This document shows, one piece after another, positions 8,266 through 16,924 of a stretch of DNA of 32,000 bases (its first letter is position 1; every line of letters begins with the position of its first letter). Below the pieces are notes generated by a model, which saw nothing but the letters and a program-made list of their open reading frames with translations, did no database searches and was not told the DNA's origin. Made by a program: the position numbers and the translations under genes. The DNA comes from Promethearchaeum syntrophicum (GTDB taxonomy: Archaea > Asgardarchaeota > Lokiarchaeia > Sigyniarchaeales > Promethearchaeaceae), in assembly GCF_008000775.2 (NCBI RefSeq), contig NZ_CP042905.2, positions 4,140,001 through 4,172,000 of the forward strand. The letters are read 5' to 3'.

Positions 8266-9893
8266 TTAAACTTAATATTGATTCACATGAAATTCCTATT
8301 AATCAAAAACTGATGTTTCTCCAAGGAAATTATGATATTAATACAATTGAGAATCTTCCTTATTCTTGGATTGACTGGAATGAAAATCTAGAGATTTTAT
8401 TTAGAGACTCAGATTTGTTGATTGAATTTTTTTCACGTTTAAATTCCATTATCACTCATCAAAATTCAAAAAAAATAGGTTTAATATCTGATATCTGGAG
8501 AAATCTATATTCTACATTAAAAGAAAATAAAAATAATATTGCAAAATATGAAAAATTCAATGAGCTCAGTAAAAATTTGCGAAGTAAATCAAATTTGCTT
8601 CAAGATATTGAACGTTTAGAGTTAATGGAAAAAAATCTTGACCAAATGGTAAATCAAAGCATCTTTCAAAGTAAAAAAGATTTATTGCTTAAATTAGAAA
8701 AATTACTCGTAACACAAACTACAGAATTTAATATTCAATCTGATGAATTTTTTGTTAATAAACAAAGAGTTGATGAAAATCTTGCAATAATAACAAAATT
8801 TGACAACAATTTATCACGATTAAAGCAAGAACAAAGAATATTATTTAAGGAAACAAACGAACTCACAAAACAAATGGATTCTTTGGAGCCTTTAATGAAT
8901 GTTTATCAAGAAAAGCTTGAAGTGATTGATTCCTATAAAAATGGTAAAGATTATAATAGAATTAAAAAGAAATTCGAAGATATTGTAAAGGAACATGAAG
9001 ATTGCAAAAACGATAGAGTCCTCAAAATTAAAAAAAGCAAAGATATTACTCAAAAAATGCGGAATTTGCGAGTTCAGATTAAAAAAAATAACAATGATTT
9101 AAGAAAATTAGATTTGTCAAAGTTTAATGAAATTAAAAAAAACTATGAAGATTTAAAAACCGATCTCGAAAATACAAAAACTCAGATTACCTCAGTTCGA
9201 TTAGAAATTGATTCAATGTTAAATAACAGTGAAAAAAATGTCTCTCAAAATGATTTAAATCAAGATGATATGTTTTATTCAAACCCCACCGAAATTAAAG
9301 AACAATTGAAAAAGAAACGAAATCTAATCAGCCAAATCAATGATTTCTTTGAGAATACATATGATACCACCGATTTAGAGATAATTAAAAAGAAAATTGA
9401 TGCTGATAGAAGAAATTTATTGGATGAACTTACTTCCAATTCAGAAAAGCTTCAACTTTCATCTGAGAAATCTCACTATTATGAAGATTTATTAAAGAGA
9501 ATTAAAGAAATTCAATCATGGATGAATAAATTTTTGAGCAAAATTGATATGAAAATATCATTCTCTCTAGCATTTGATAAAGAAAACCTGAAATTAACAA
9601 ATAAAATTATGAAAAAAAATCAATATATCAACTTTAACACGGATTTAAAAAGAATTGAAAAAGCGTTTTTTTATTTTAGTGCGATAATTAGCAGTTACTT
9701 AGGAGAAAACTATAGGTTTATTCCCATAAGGATTAATAAATTGCCAAAATTTATGATAACGAAACAAAATTTCATAAAAAATATCAAAATGCTTGATGAT
9801 ATGTGTGAGGAATTACCTGAAGATATTAATATTATATTTTTTTTAGAAGAAAACAAGTTCGAAATTCCGTTAGAAATTATTAAAATTGACTAA
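8262..9893 (+). CDS. Long coiled-coil protein with globular ends, no Walker A motif seen
   Basis: 543 aa; overlaps the previous stop by 4 nt; AAGGAG-like site upstream. Extended charged heptad-like region, C-terminal ...NFNTDLKRIEKAFFYFSAIISSYLGENYRF...ELPEDINIIFFLEE. Confidence 0.8.
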   Translation: MIKLNIDSHEIPINQKLMFLQGNYDINTIENLPYSWIDWNENLEILFRDSDLLIEFFSRLNSIITHQNSKKIGLISDIWRNLYSTLKENKNNIAKYEKFNELSKNLRSKSNLLQDIERLELMEKNLDQMVNQSIFQSKKDLLLKLEKLLVTQTTEFNIQSDEFFVNKQRVDENLAIITKFDNNLSRLKQEQRILFKETNELTKQMDSLEPLMNVYQEKLEVIDSYKNGKDYNRIKKKFEDIVKEHEDCKNDRVLKIKKSKDITQKMRNLRVQIKKNNNDLRKLDLSKFNEIKKNYEDLKTDLENTKTQITSVRLEIDSMLNNSEKNVSQNDLNQDDMFYSNPTEIKEQLKKKRNLISQINDFFENTYDTTDLEIIKKKIDADRRNLLDELTSNSEKLQLSSEKSHYYEDLLKRIKEIQSWMNKFLSKIDMKISFSLAFDKENLKLTNKIMKKNQYINFNTDLKRIEKAFFYFSAIISSYLGENYRFIPIRINKLPKFMITKQNFIKNIKMLDDMCEELPEDINIIFFLEENKFEIPLEIIKID

Positions 9894-9908
9894 AGAAGGT
9901 GGAAAACT

Positions 9909-10649
9909 TTGGCGAATGAAGTACTTTTACAGCAAATAAGTAGATTAATAATCCAGAATAAGAAAAAAATAGTTAACGAAAGAGATATAATAAATTTGTG
10001 TTCAAATGATGAAGAATATAAAGAAATACTCCCCATTTTAGTTCAGAATTTCAAACTTATAGGATTTTCCTTAATTCGAACAACTTTTCAAGGAAAGAGA
10101 TATTTCGTTTTAACAACTCCGGGAAAAGACGATATTATTTCTCCAAGTATGTACGGGACATTAGGATTGATTATTGCATTACATAATGAAGTCGGAAGAG
10201 AAATCGAATTAATTAAAATTAAACAGATTTTTAAAGAATTATGGGATGAAATTGAAGAATTAATCACGCATAACTACCTTCAAATTTCGAAAAATAAAGG
10301 ATCAGAGACACTAACTATAACTCCAATAGGAAAAGCGGCTTTTAAAAATATTTTGAAGGAGTTAAATCTTCCAAAAATTCTGACCTTCCAAGGTCTTGAT
10401 GAAACAATAATATCAACAGATGAACCATTAACAGAAACCGAAAAGAAAATAACAACCAAAAAGAAAACTACAAAGAAAAAGACTACAAAAAAGAAGACCA
10501 CTAAAAAAAAAACTACTAAGAAAAAGACTACTAAGAAGAAAACTACTAAGAAAAAGACTACTAAGAAGAAAACTACAAAGAAAAAGACCACTAAAAAGAA
10601 AACTACTAAGAAAAAGACTACTAAAAAGAAAACAACTAAGAAAAAATAA
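9909..10649 (+). CDS. Probable winged-helix protein with a long Lys/Thr-rich basic tail
   Basis: TTG start after an AAGGTGG motif. Winged-helix-like segments (KKIVNERDIINLCS..., LITHNYLQISKNKGSETLTITPIGKAAF) and C-terminal (TTKKK)x13. Confidence 0.8.
   Translation: MANEVLLQQISRLIIQNKKKIVNERDIINLCSNDEEYKEILPILVQNFKLIGFSLIRTTFQGKRYFVLTTPGKDDIISPSMYGTLGLIIALHNEVGREIELIKIKQIFKELWDEIEELITHNYLQISKNKGSETLTITPIGKAAFKNILKELNLPKILTFQGLDETIISTDEPLTETEKKITTKKKTTKKKTTKKKTTKKKTTKKKTTKKKTTKKKTTKKKTTKKKTTKKKTTKKKTTKKKTTKKK
10452..10646 (+). repeat. 15-bp coding tandem repeat, 13 units, encoding TTKKK
   Basis: Translated string TTKKK repeated 13 times. The DNA often alternates 'aag act act aag aag aaa act act', giving a partial 30-bp higher-order period. 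Confidence 0.95.
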
Positions 10650-10654
10650 AGCAA

Positions 10655-11821
10655 TTACAATTTATGTACGCCATCAGATGGAGTAACTTCGTAAGTAATT
10701 GCTGTTAATCCGAATTTTTCTTGGTATCCTTTTAATTTTGATATATATTCAGGAATTGCCTTCTTTTCTATCAATGTTAGAGTACACCCTCCAAAACCCG
10801 CACCGATCATCCTTGAACCATAACATCCTTCAATATTTTGGGCTGTTTCAACTAACCAATCCAATTCTGCACACGAAACTTCATAATATAATTTTAAACT
10901 TTCATGGGAGTCGTTCATTAATTGCCCGAATTTTTTTAAATCTCCATTTTTTAAGAATTTTTCAGCTTCAATAACTCGGTCATTTTCAGATATCACATGG
11001 AAAGCCCTTTTTTTTTGTTCGGGAGTGAAAAATTCACGAGATTTTTCATAATCCCCCATATTATAGTCTCGTAAAGATTTTCCGGGTTTAATTTCATTTA
11101 AAACTTTAACAGCTTCTTCACATTCAAAAACTCGTTCATTATATTTGGAAACGCTTAATTTGTGACTTACATTGGAATTTGTAATGATAAATCCTACAGA
11201 CTTTAATTTTAAAGGAATGTATCGATGATCGAGGGATCTACAATCTAAGAAAAATGCATTTCCAGCTTTTCCAAATTTTGCGGTAAATTGATCCATAATA
11301 CCACATCTTACCCCTACAACCTCTTGTTCCGCTTGTTGACAATATTTAGCCAGATCTTTATCTTTGATTTTCAATTTATATAATTGTTGAATCCCATAAG
11401 CTACAGCAACTTCTAATGCAGCAGATGAAGATAATCCTGCACCTTGTGGAATTGATCCCGTGAAAGAAACTCTTACACCACCAAATTTATGTCCGTGTTT
11501 TTGTAATATTTTAACAACTCCAATTGGATAATTTGCCCAATCATCACTACCGCTACTTTTCATTAAATATGCATACAAAGAAACGATTTTTTTTTCCTTA
11601 TCTAATGAGTAAACTGAAATTACCTCAGAATCTTGTATCCGCGAAATAGCTAAATCTATTCCAAGAGAAATAGCCATGGGTAACACAAATCCATCATTGT
11701 AGTCAGTGTGTTCCCCGATCAAATTAACTCGACCAGGAGAGTGGATAATTAACTCTGGAACCTCACCATATATCTCTTTATGTTTATCTATCAAAAGATT
11801 CTTATTTTTCATTTCCAACAA
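10655..11821 (-). CDS. galK: Galactokinase
   Basis: GHMP kinase motifs: SPGRVNLIGEHTDYNDGFVLPMAI, GSIPQGAGLSSSAALEVA, CGIMDQF, RMIGAGFGGCTL. Confidence 0.95.
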   Translation of the reverse strand: MLEMKNKNLLIDKHKEIYGEVPELIIHSPGRVNLIGEHTDYNDGFVLPMAISLGIDLAISRIQDSEVISVYSLDKEKKIVSLYAYLMKSSGSDDWANYPIGVVKILQKHGHKFGGVRVSFTGSIPQGAGLSSSAALEVAVAYGIQQLYKLKIKDKDLAKYCQQAEQEVVGVRCGIMDQFTAKFGKAGNAFFLDCRSLDHRYIPLKLKSVGFIITNSNVSHKLSVSKYNERVFECEEAVKVLNEIKPGKSLRDYNMGDYEKSREFFTPEQKKRAFHVISENDRVIEAEKFLKNGDLKKFGQLMNDSHESLKLYYEVSCAELDWLVETAQNIEGCYGSRMIGAGFGGCTLTLIEKKAIPEYISKLKGYQEKFGLTAITYEVTPSDGVHKL

Positions 11822-11904
11822 TAACTAGTATTCATATATGTAAAAAAGACTTACCAACAACGATTATATGTTGAAGCAAAAAAGAAGAAAAAGAAAAAAA
11901 ATTT

Positions 11905-12345
11905 TTATCTTAAATCCATTTCAGCACAAAAATTATCAAATAAGCGCTTTATTCTATCGTGAGTTGGACCCCGTCCTTCAACTCCAGACTCAGTAATGAT
12001 GATTTTTCCACCTAAAAGTTTAATTGAACCACCATCATCATGTAATTCAATGCTTTCGTCTGGAAGAATCTTTCTTAATCTTTCCACAAGTTTATCCATC
12101 GGAAAAGGCTCTCCTTCAATTGCGATGGACTCCCATATTCCCCGAATAAAAATTTTCTCAGTTTTTTGCCTTTTCTCATTAATAGCATTAGCAAGGCAAA
12201 TTGATAATGAATTTACTTCAAATCCTACAAGACGACCAGTATAGTAGTGCCCTTTCTCTTTATCAATAACCACTCTAACCATCGAATTGAGGGCTTGTAC
12301 AATTTCTTTATTAAATTCTCGCGCAGCATTGGATGCGATGCTCAT
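11905..12345 (-). CDS. Lsm/Sm-like domain protein with C-terminal extension
   Basis: LNSMVRVVIDKEKGHYYTGRLVGFEVNSLSICLANAINEKRQKTEKIFIRGIWESIAIEG matches Sm1/Sm2 topology (G.L.G.D...N..L..A....I.G..V..I.). Confidence 0.75.
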   Translation of the reverse strand: MSIASNAAREFNKEIVQALNSMVRVVIDKEKGHYYTGRLVGFEVNSLSICLANAINEKRQKTEKIFIRGIWESIAIEGEPFPMDKLVERLRKILPDESIELHDDGGSIKLLGGKIIITESGVEGRGPTHDRIKRLFDNFCAEMDLR

Positions 12346-12422
12346 AATATCTTTAATATTTAAATTCTCAAAAACTTTGCGAAAAATGTTAAAGGAGAAA
12401 ATAATTAAAGAAATTACCGATT

Positions 12423-14438
12423 ATGAAAGAAAAATCCAAAATCCATGGTAAAAAATTAAATCCAGCAGAAATAAATGATTTGATTTTGGATTATGAAATT
12501 CTTCCTAAAACACATTCACCAATGTATTTGATGCATAAGTATTGGGCTAGAAAACCCGCAAATATCGTTGCTAATTACATTAAACGCTATTGTCCGCAAG
12601 AAGGTATTGTTTTAGACCCCTTCATGGGATCGGGAGTAACAATTTTAGAATCAATTTTTAGTAATCGTTTAGCCATTGGTATTGACGTGAATCCTATGGC
12701 AAATTTTATAACAAAAAATACTGGAATTTACGCCGATATATATAAACTAGAAACCGCATTTCAAATAATTAAAAATGAAGTTGAAAAAAAAAATTCTATA
12801 TTCTCACTTCTCTATGAAATTCAATGTGATTCGTGTAAAAACAGTAAAGCGATAATTACTCACATAATATGGTTAAAAAAGAAAGAAGATTTGAATCATC
12901 AAATAGAAGAGATCAGATATAAGTGTTCAAATTGCGGAGAAATAGTTATAAATAATTCAGATCTTAATTCTAGTTTTATTTCAATGAAAGAATTTATTTT
13001 GAATCAGGAGATAAATGCTTTAACATTTCTTTCTAAAGACGAAATAAAAAATCCGAATGTTTCATTCAAATATACAAATAATCAAGCGTTTATACAATTG
13101 CGACATAATTTACGAAAACAACCAGAACTAACCGAACTATTTACACAACGGAATTATGCTTTTTTGGTTTTTTTAATTCATATAATTAATAAATTATCAG
13201 ATAACTACGAAAATGAGAAAGAACTCTTAAAATTCTGCTTTACTAGCTCATTAGCACAAGCAAGTAAAATGGTTTGGGTCATCAATAAACGTAAGGGAAA
13301 AGCATTAAAAAAAAAACAAGTAGGTTCTTGGACCCACCACTTTTTTTGGGATCCATCAAATTTTTTCGAGGTTAATGCATGGAATTGCTTTAAACATAGA
13401 TATTCTAAATTAAAAAATGGAAAAATCGATTCTAATAAAAGAAATAAGAATTCAAATTCAACTTTTAAATTGGCAGATTCTTTTAGTGATCTTTCAATTA
13501 AAAAGCCTGTTCTCCTATGGAATACATCTTCAACGAAATTGGAACTACCAAATAATACTGTAGATTTTGTTTTTACTGATCCTCCTTACGGAGATTCTAT
13601 CCAATATGGTGAACTTTCAACTTTATGGAATGCCTGGTTAGATGTCGATATGGATCGATATAAAAAAAAAATGGAATTGAATGAAATTATAATCAATACA
13701 CATCAAGGAAAAAATTTGAAATCATACGAATTTAACCTAAAAAAAGTATTCAGCGAAATTTTTAGAGTTTTAAAGCCAGATAAATATATGGTTTTGACTT
13801 TTCATAATACATCTTTCAAAATTCGTAATGCACTGATAAATTCAGTAGTATCTTGTGGTTTTGAATTATGTCAAATATTATTTCAGTTACCTCCACGAGT
13901 TTCTATTAAATCTATGCTACATCATGAAGGTTCTCCTATAGGAGATTATTATATTAGATTCCAAAAACCTCTTCAAAGCCTAGATGATAAGAAAAAAACC
14001 AAATTAAAAACCTTAGACAATGAAGAGATCTATAAGATAATTAAAGATAAAATTAGCGAAATCCTAAAAAAACGGGGAGAACCAACTAATTTCATGTGGA
14101 TTTCAAACTTTCTAGATGAAATGCTATATAAATCTCATATATTTCCAATAGATAATCTTGAATTCTATATTACAAGACTTAAAAACTCCAATTTTTTTCA
14201 TATTAGTAAAGAAGGAAAATGGTGGTTTACACATGATTCAATACCAAAAGATTGTGAAAAACCTTTAACTGCGCAAATTGAAGATTTCTTAGAAATTTAT
14301 CTTAAGGATCACTGGTTAGATGTTAAATTATCTGATAGGACAAAAAAGCAAAAAATATTTAATGAAATTTATCGAAAATTTCGCGGTGTATATAGTCCAG
14401 ATAAATTTGAAACTAATCAAATAATCGAAAAATCTTAA
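12423..14438 (+). CDS. Site-specific DNA (adenine/N4-cytosine) methyltransferase-like protein with internal zinc-ribbon-like insert
   Basis: HSPMYLMHKYWARKPANIV, motif I DPFMGSG, motif IV TDPPYGDSIQYGELS, internal CDSC...CSNC. Confidence 0.8.
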   Translation: MKEKSKIHGKKLNPAEINDLILDYEILPKTHSPMYLMHKYWARKPANIVANYIKRYCPQEGIVLDPFMGSGVTILESIFSNRLAIGIDVNPMANFITKNTGIYADIYKLETAFQIIKNEVEKKNSIFSLLYEIQCDSCKNSKAIITHIIWLKKKEDLNHQIEEIRYKCSNCGEIVINNSDLNSSFISMKEFILNQEINALTFLSKDEIKNPNVSFKYTNNQAFIQLRHNLRKQPELTELFTQRNYAFLVFLIHIINKLSDNYENEKELLKFCFTSSLAQASKMVWVINKRKGKALKKKQVGSWTHHFFWDPSNFFEVNAWNCFKHRYSKLKNGKIDSNKRNKNSNSTFKLADSFSDLSIKKPVLLWNTSSTKLELPNNTVDFVFTDPPYGDSIQYGELSTLWNAWLDVDMDRYKKKMELNEIIINTHQGKNLKSYEFNLKKVFSEIFRVLKPDKYMVLTFHNTSFKIRNALINSVVSCGFELCQILFQLPPRVSIKSMLHHEGSPIGDYYIRFQKPLQSLDDKKKTKLKTLDNEEIYKIIKDKISEILKKRGEPTNFMWISNFLDEMLYKSHIFPIDNLEFYITRLKNSNFFHISKEGKWWFTHDSIPKDCEKPLTAQIEDFLEIYLKDHWLDVKLSDRTKKQKIFNEIYRKFRGVYSPDKFETNQIIEKS

Positions 14439-14509
14439 AAGATTTAATTTTTAATATAGTAGAAATTATATTTTTTACCTTCCCTATTAATATAGGAGAA
14501 AAATTAAAT

Positions 14510-15532
14510 TTGGCGAATTGTAGTTTTCCAGAATGCGATGAGGTCTTAAATTACTTACCTTTTCGATGCAGATACTGTGGTGGAACTTACTGTAAAAAAC
14601 ACAGACTACCAGAAAATCATAAATGTTCCTTTGAGCTTCAAATACAACCTAAGAAAGAGGTTTCCCAAGAATTAAAACATTTAAAAGAAGAAGAGAAAAA
14701 ATCTAAAAATAATCAAATTCCTGAAGATAAATCCTATGAACAAATCGATAAGGAAATGCGTAATTATATTCGAGAACAAGAAAGAGCTGCAATGCCCCCA
14801 CCTCCAAGTCGTACGAGAGGAACTTTTGGTAGTCGTTCAAGAGGATATTCTCCTTTTATTTCGAGATCCAGTAAGCCAATAGGGACTTACTCCTTAATGG
14901 GATTATCAACTTTATTTTTTATTCTCTCACAAATTCAAGTGATTCCAGAATATATTTTACTTAATTTAAATACTCTTAGATTTGAATTCTTAACCCACTT
15001 TCCTTCTTTTTTCACAGCAATATTAACTCCTAATGGTTTGATTTCATGGATATTTACATTACTCATTCTATTTTGGTCTGGTAAAGTAATTGAAATGCAG
15101 ATGGGAACTAAATTCTTATTAACATTATATTTACTATCTGGTATTGCAAACGGTTTTGCGATTATTTTACTCCAATCGATAGGTCTTTTTATTAATATTC
15201 CGTTTTTTACTGCTATGACATATAATTTAAATTTATATTCTACTCAAAATGGCGCGTATTATGGATTAATGGTATTTATTCTTTATCGAATCGGGTTAGA
15301 TCGTGAAATGCGATTTTATCTATATTTTATTCCTGTTAGAATGAAAGCTAAATACATTCTCTATTTCATGATTGGAATCCAATTAATATATGGAGGTTTT
15401 GGAATAGTGAGAATTTTACTTGAATTGGAGGGTGCATATTATATTTTATCTTCTTTACCCCAACTTGGAGGAATTTTAGTCGGAGCTTACTTCTGGAAGA
15501 AATTTGGACGTCAAATAGTGAATTTTGTGTAA
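14510..15532 (+). CDS. AN1-type zinc finger fused to a rhomboid-like membrane domain, apparently catalytically dead
   Basis: CSFPECDEVLNYLPFRCRYCGGTYCKKHRLPENHKC (AN1). Multi-TM region with NGAYYGLM in place of the rhomboid GxSG motif and PQLGGILVG in place of the catalytic-His motif. TTG start. Confidence 0.75.
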   Translation: MANCSFPECDEVLNYLPFRCRYCGGTYCKKHRLPENHKCSFELQIQPKKEVSQELKHLKEEEKKSKNNQIPEDKSYEQIDKEMRNYIREQERAAMPPPPSRTRGTFGSRSRGYSPFISRSSKPIGTYSLMGLSTLFFILSQIQVIPEYILLNLNTLRFEFLTHFPSFFTAILTPNGLISWIFTLLILFWSGKVIEMQMGTKFLLTLYLLSGIANGFAIILLQSIGLFINIPFFTAMTYNLNLYSTQNGAYYGLMVFILYRIGLDREMRFYLYFIPVRMKAKYILYFMIGIQLIYGGFGIVRILLELEGAYYILSSLPQLGGILVGAYFWKKFGRQIVNFV

Positions 15533-15574
15533 ATGTTTTTTTTCTTGCAATAACTTTTTTACGATTAATTTGTA

Positions 15575-16924
15575 ATGGATGATATAATGAGCATTGAATT
15601 TGAGGTTTTTATCGAGATTCCAAAAATCGCCGGGAAAATTGAAATTCCTAATAATCAAGAATTGATACATATTGGAAAACGCGAAATTAAAAATAGTGTT
15701 GTAAAAAATTTATCAGATCCAAGAGCTTTCGATTCAATTTCTAGCGTAAGAACTGATAAAGATACAGGAGCAGTAATTAAACAACAATTTATAATATCCA
15801 GAGTAAAAGATAAATATTTCATTGAAGATCAGAATAGCGCTAATGGCACGTATTTAGGAGGGATTAATCTTAAACAAAGCCCCCCAGCACCCTTGAAAAG
15901 CGGAGATGAAATTATAATTCCTATTGAAGAAAATGGTGAATTAATTCAGCTAAAAATGTATTTTCATATTGAAAAAAAAAAATCTGCTCCAGGAGCTCAA
16001 TCACAGCAGAAACAAATCCATTATCCAACACTGGATTTAGATGAAGCAGAATATTCTGATCCTACAATAACCCCTACAATCCCATCTTCGGCAAATCAAG
16101 CAGTAAAGGCAGGTTCATATCAATATAAATCCTTTATTTATGATCCCAACGATCCGATAAACACTTCCAATAGTTTTATTATGATACAGAGAACTCAAGC
16201 CATTCCACCCAATGCTTTCCAACCCAATTCTGGTTTAGACCTTTCAATGGTATATAAATTAGAAAAAAGTGAATTTTGGCATATCTTAGTTGCAGTGGGA
16301 TTGCTTTTTCTAATGATTTATAGGTATTATATAAATATTAATTTAATATTTTTAATTATCGGCTTGATAACTGATTCTCCGGGTCCTTCTTTAAATGATT
16401 TCTTTATTCAACCCTTACCTATTGCTCTTATTTTCGGTATTTCATTTATAACTCATGAATTATCTCACTTACAAACAGGAAAACATTTCAATTTTCAAAG
16501 TAGGTTTTGTCTAACTAAAGTTGGTGTAAAAGCCACTTTAAAATGGGCATTAATTGGATTTCCTTTTGGTCTCCCGGGTGCTGCGGTTTCAGTTGGTGTC
16601 GATCCAGTTAAAGATGAGGATAAGATGGGTTGGATAAAAATCGCGGGTCCATTTTCAAATTTTGTTTTAGGAGTAATTTTTATAATTCTTGCATTTTTCA
16701 TTCCAAGTGGCTCAATTATTGATTTAAAAGCCATTTTCGTACAAGCTAGTTCCTTAAATTTTGTTTTAGGAGCGTTTAATATGATTCCGCGAGAAGTGAA
16801 AGGATTTGCATTGGACGGGAAATTTATCATTAAATGGAATAAACCATGGTATTTTACGCTACTAGCAGGTTTAATATTGGGTTTTGCAACCGCAATTTTT
16901 TACTCCAATTCAGTTAATACTTAA
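15575..16924 (+). CDS. FHA domain fused to M50 (site-2-protease-like) intramembrane metalloprotease
   Basis: N-terminal HIGK...ISRVKDKYFIEDQNSANGTYLGG..L.SGDEI (FHA-like). C-terminal multi-TM with THELSHL (HExxH) and FNMIPREVKGFALDGK (N..P...LDG). Confidence 0.8.
   Translation: MDDIMSIEFEVFIEIPKIAGKIEIPNNQELIHIGKREIKNSVVKNLSDPRAFDSISSVRTDKDTGAVIKQQFIISRVKDKYFIEDQNSANGTYLGGINLKQSPPAPLKSGDEIIIPIEENGELIQLKMYFHIEKKKSAPGAQSQQKQIHYPTLDLDEAEYSDPTITPTIPSSANQAVKAGSYQYKSFIYDPNDPINTSNSFIMIQRTQAIPPNAFQPNSGLDLSMVYKLEKSEFWHILVAVGLLFLMIYRYYININLIFLIIGLITDSPGPSLNDFFIQPLPIALIFGISFITHELSHLQTGKHFNFQSRFCLTKVGVKATLKWALIGFPFGLPGAAVSVGVDPVKDEDKMGWIKIAGPFSNFVLGVIFIILAFFIPSGSIIDLKAIFVQASSLNFVLGAFNMIPREVKGFALDGKFIIKWNKPWYFTLLAGLILGFATAIFYSNSVNT

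Noticed and set aside
1790-10649. Wadjet/MukBEF-type condensin system
   Set aside because: No SMC-type ATPase with Walker A and ABC signature, and no recognisable JetD/toprim nuclease. The only ATPase seen is a classical AAA protein, so the known system call is not supported.
10280-10654. 124-aa minus-strand ORF with FFLVVFFLVV repeats
   Set aside because: Exact antisense of the TTKKK-encoding repeat; the apparent multi-TM protein is an artefact.
10699-10974. Plus-strand ORF over galK
   Set aside because: Antisense within a clear galactokinase gene.
12423-14438. Complete restriction-modification or BREX/DISARM locus
   Set aside because: Only the methyltransferase-like gene is present; neighbours (Lsm, galK, AN1-rhomboid, FHA-M50) are not known partners.
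16495-16830. Minus-strand ORF over the M50 domain
   Set aside because: Antisense to conserved M50 motifs.
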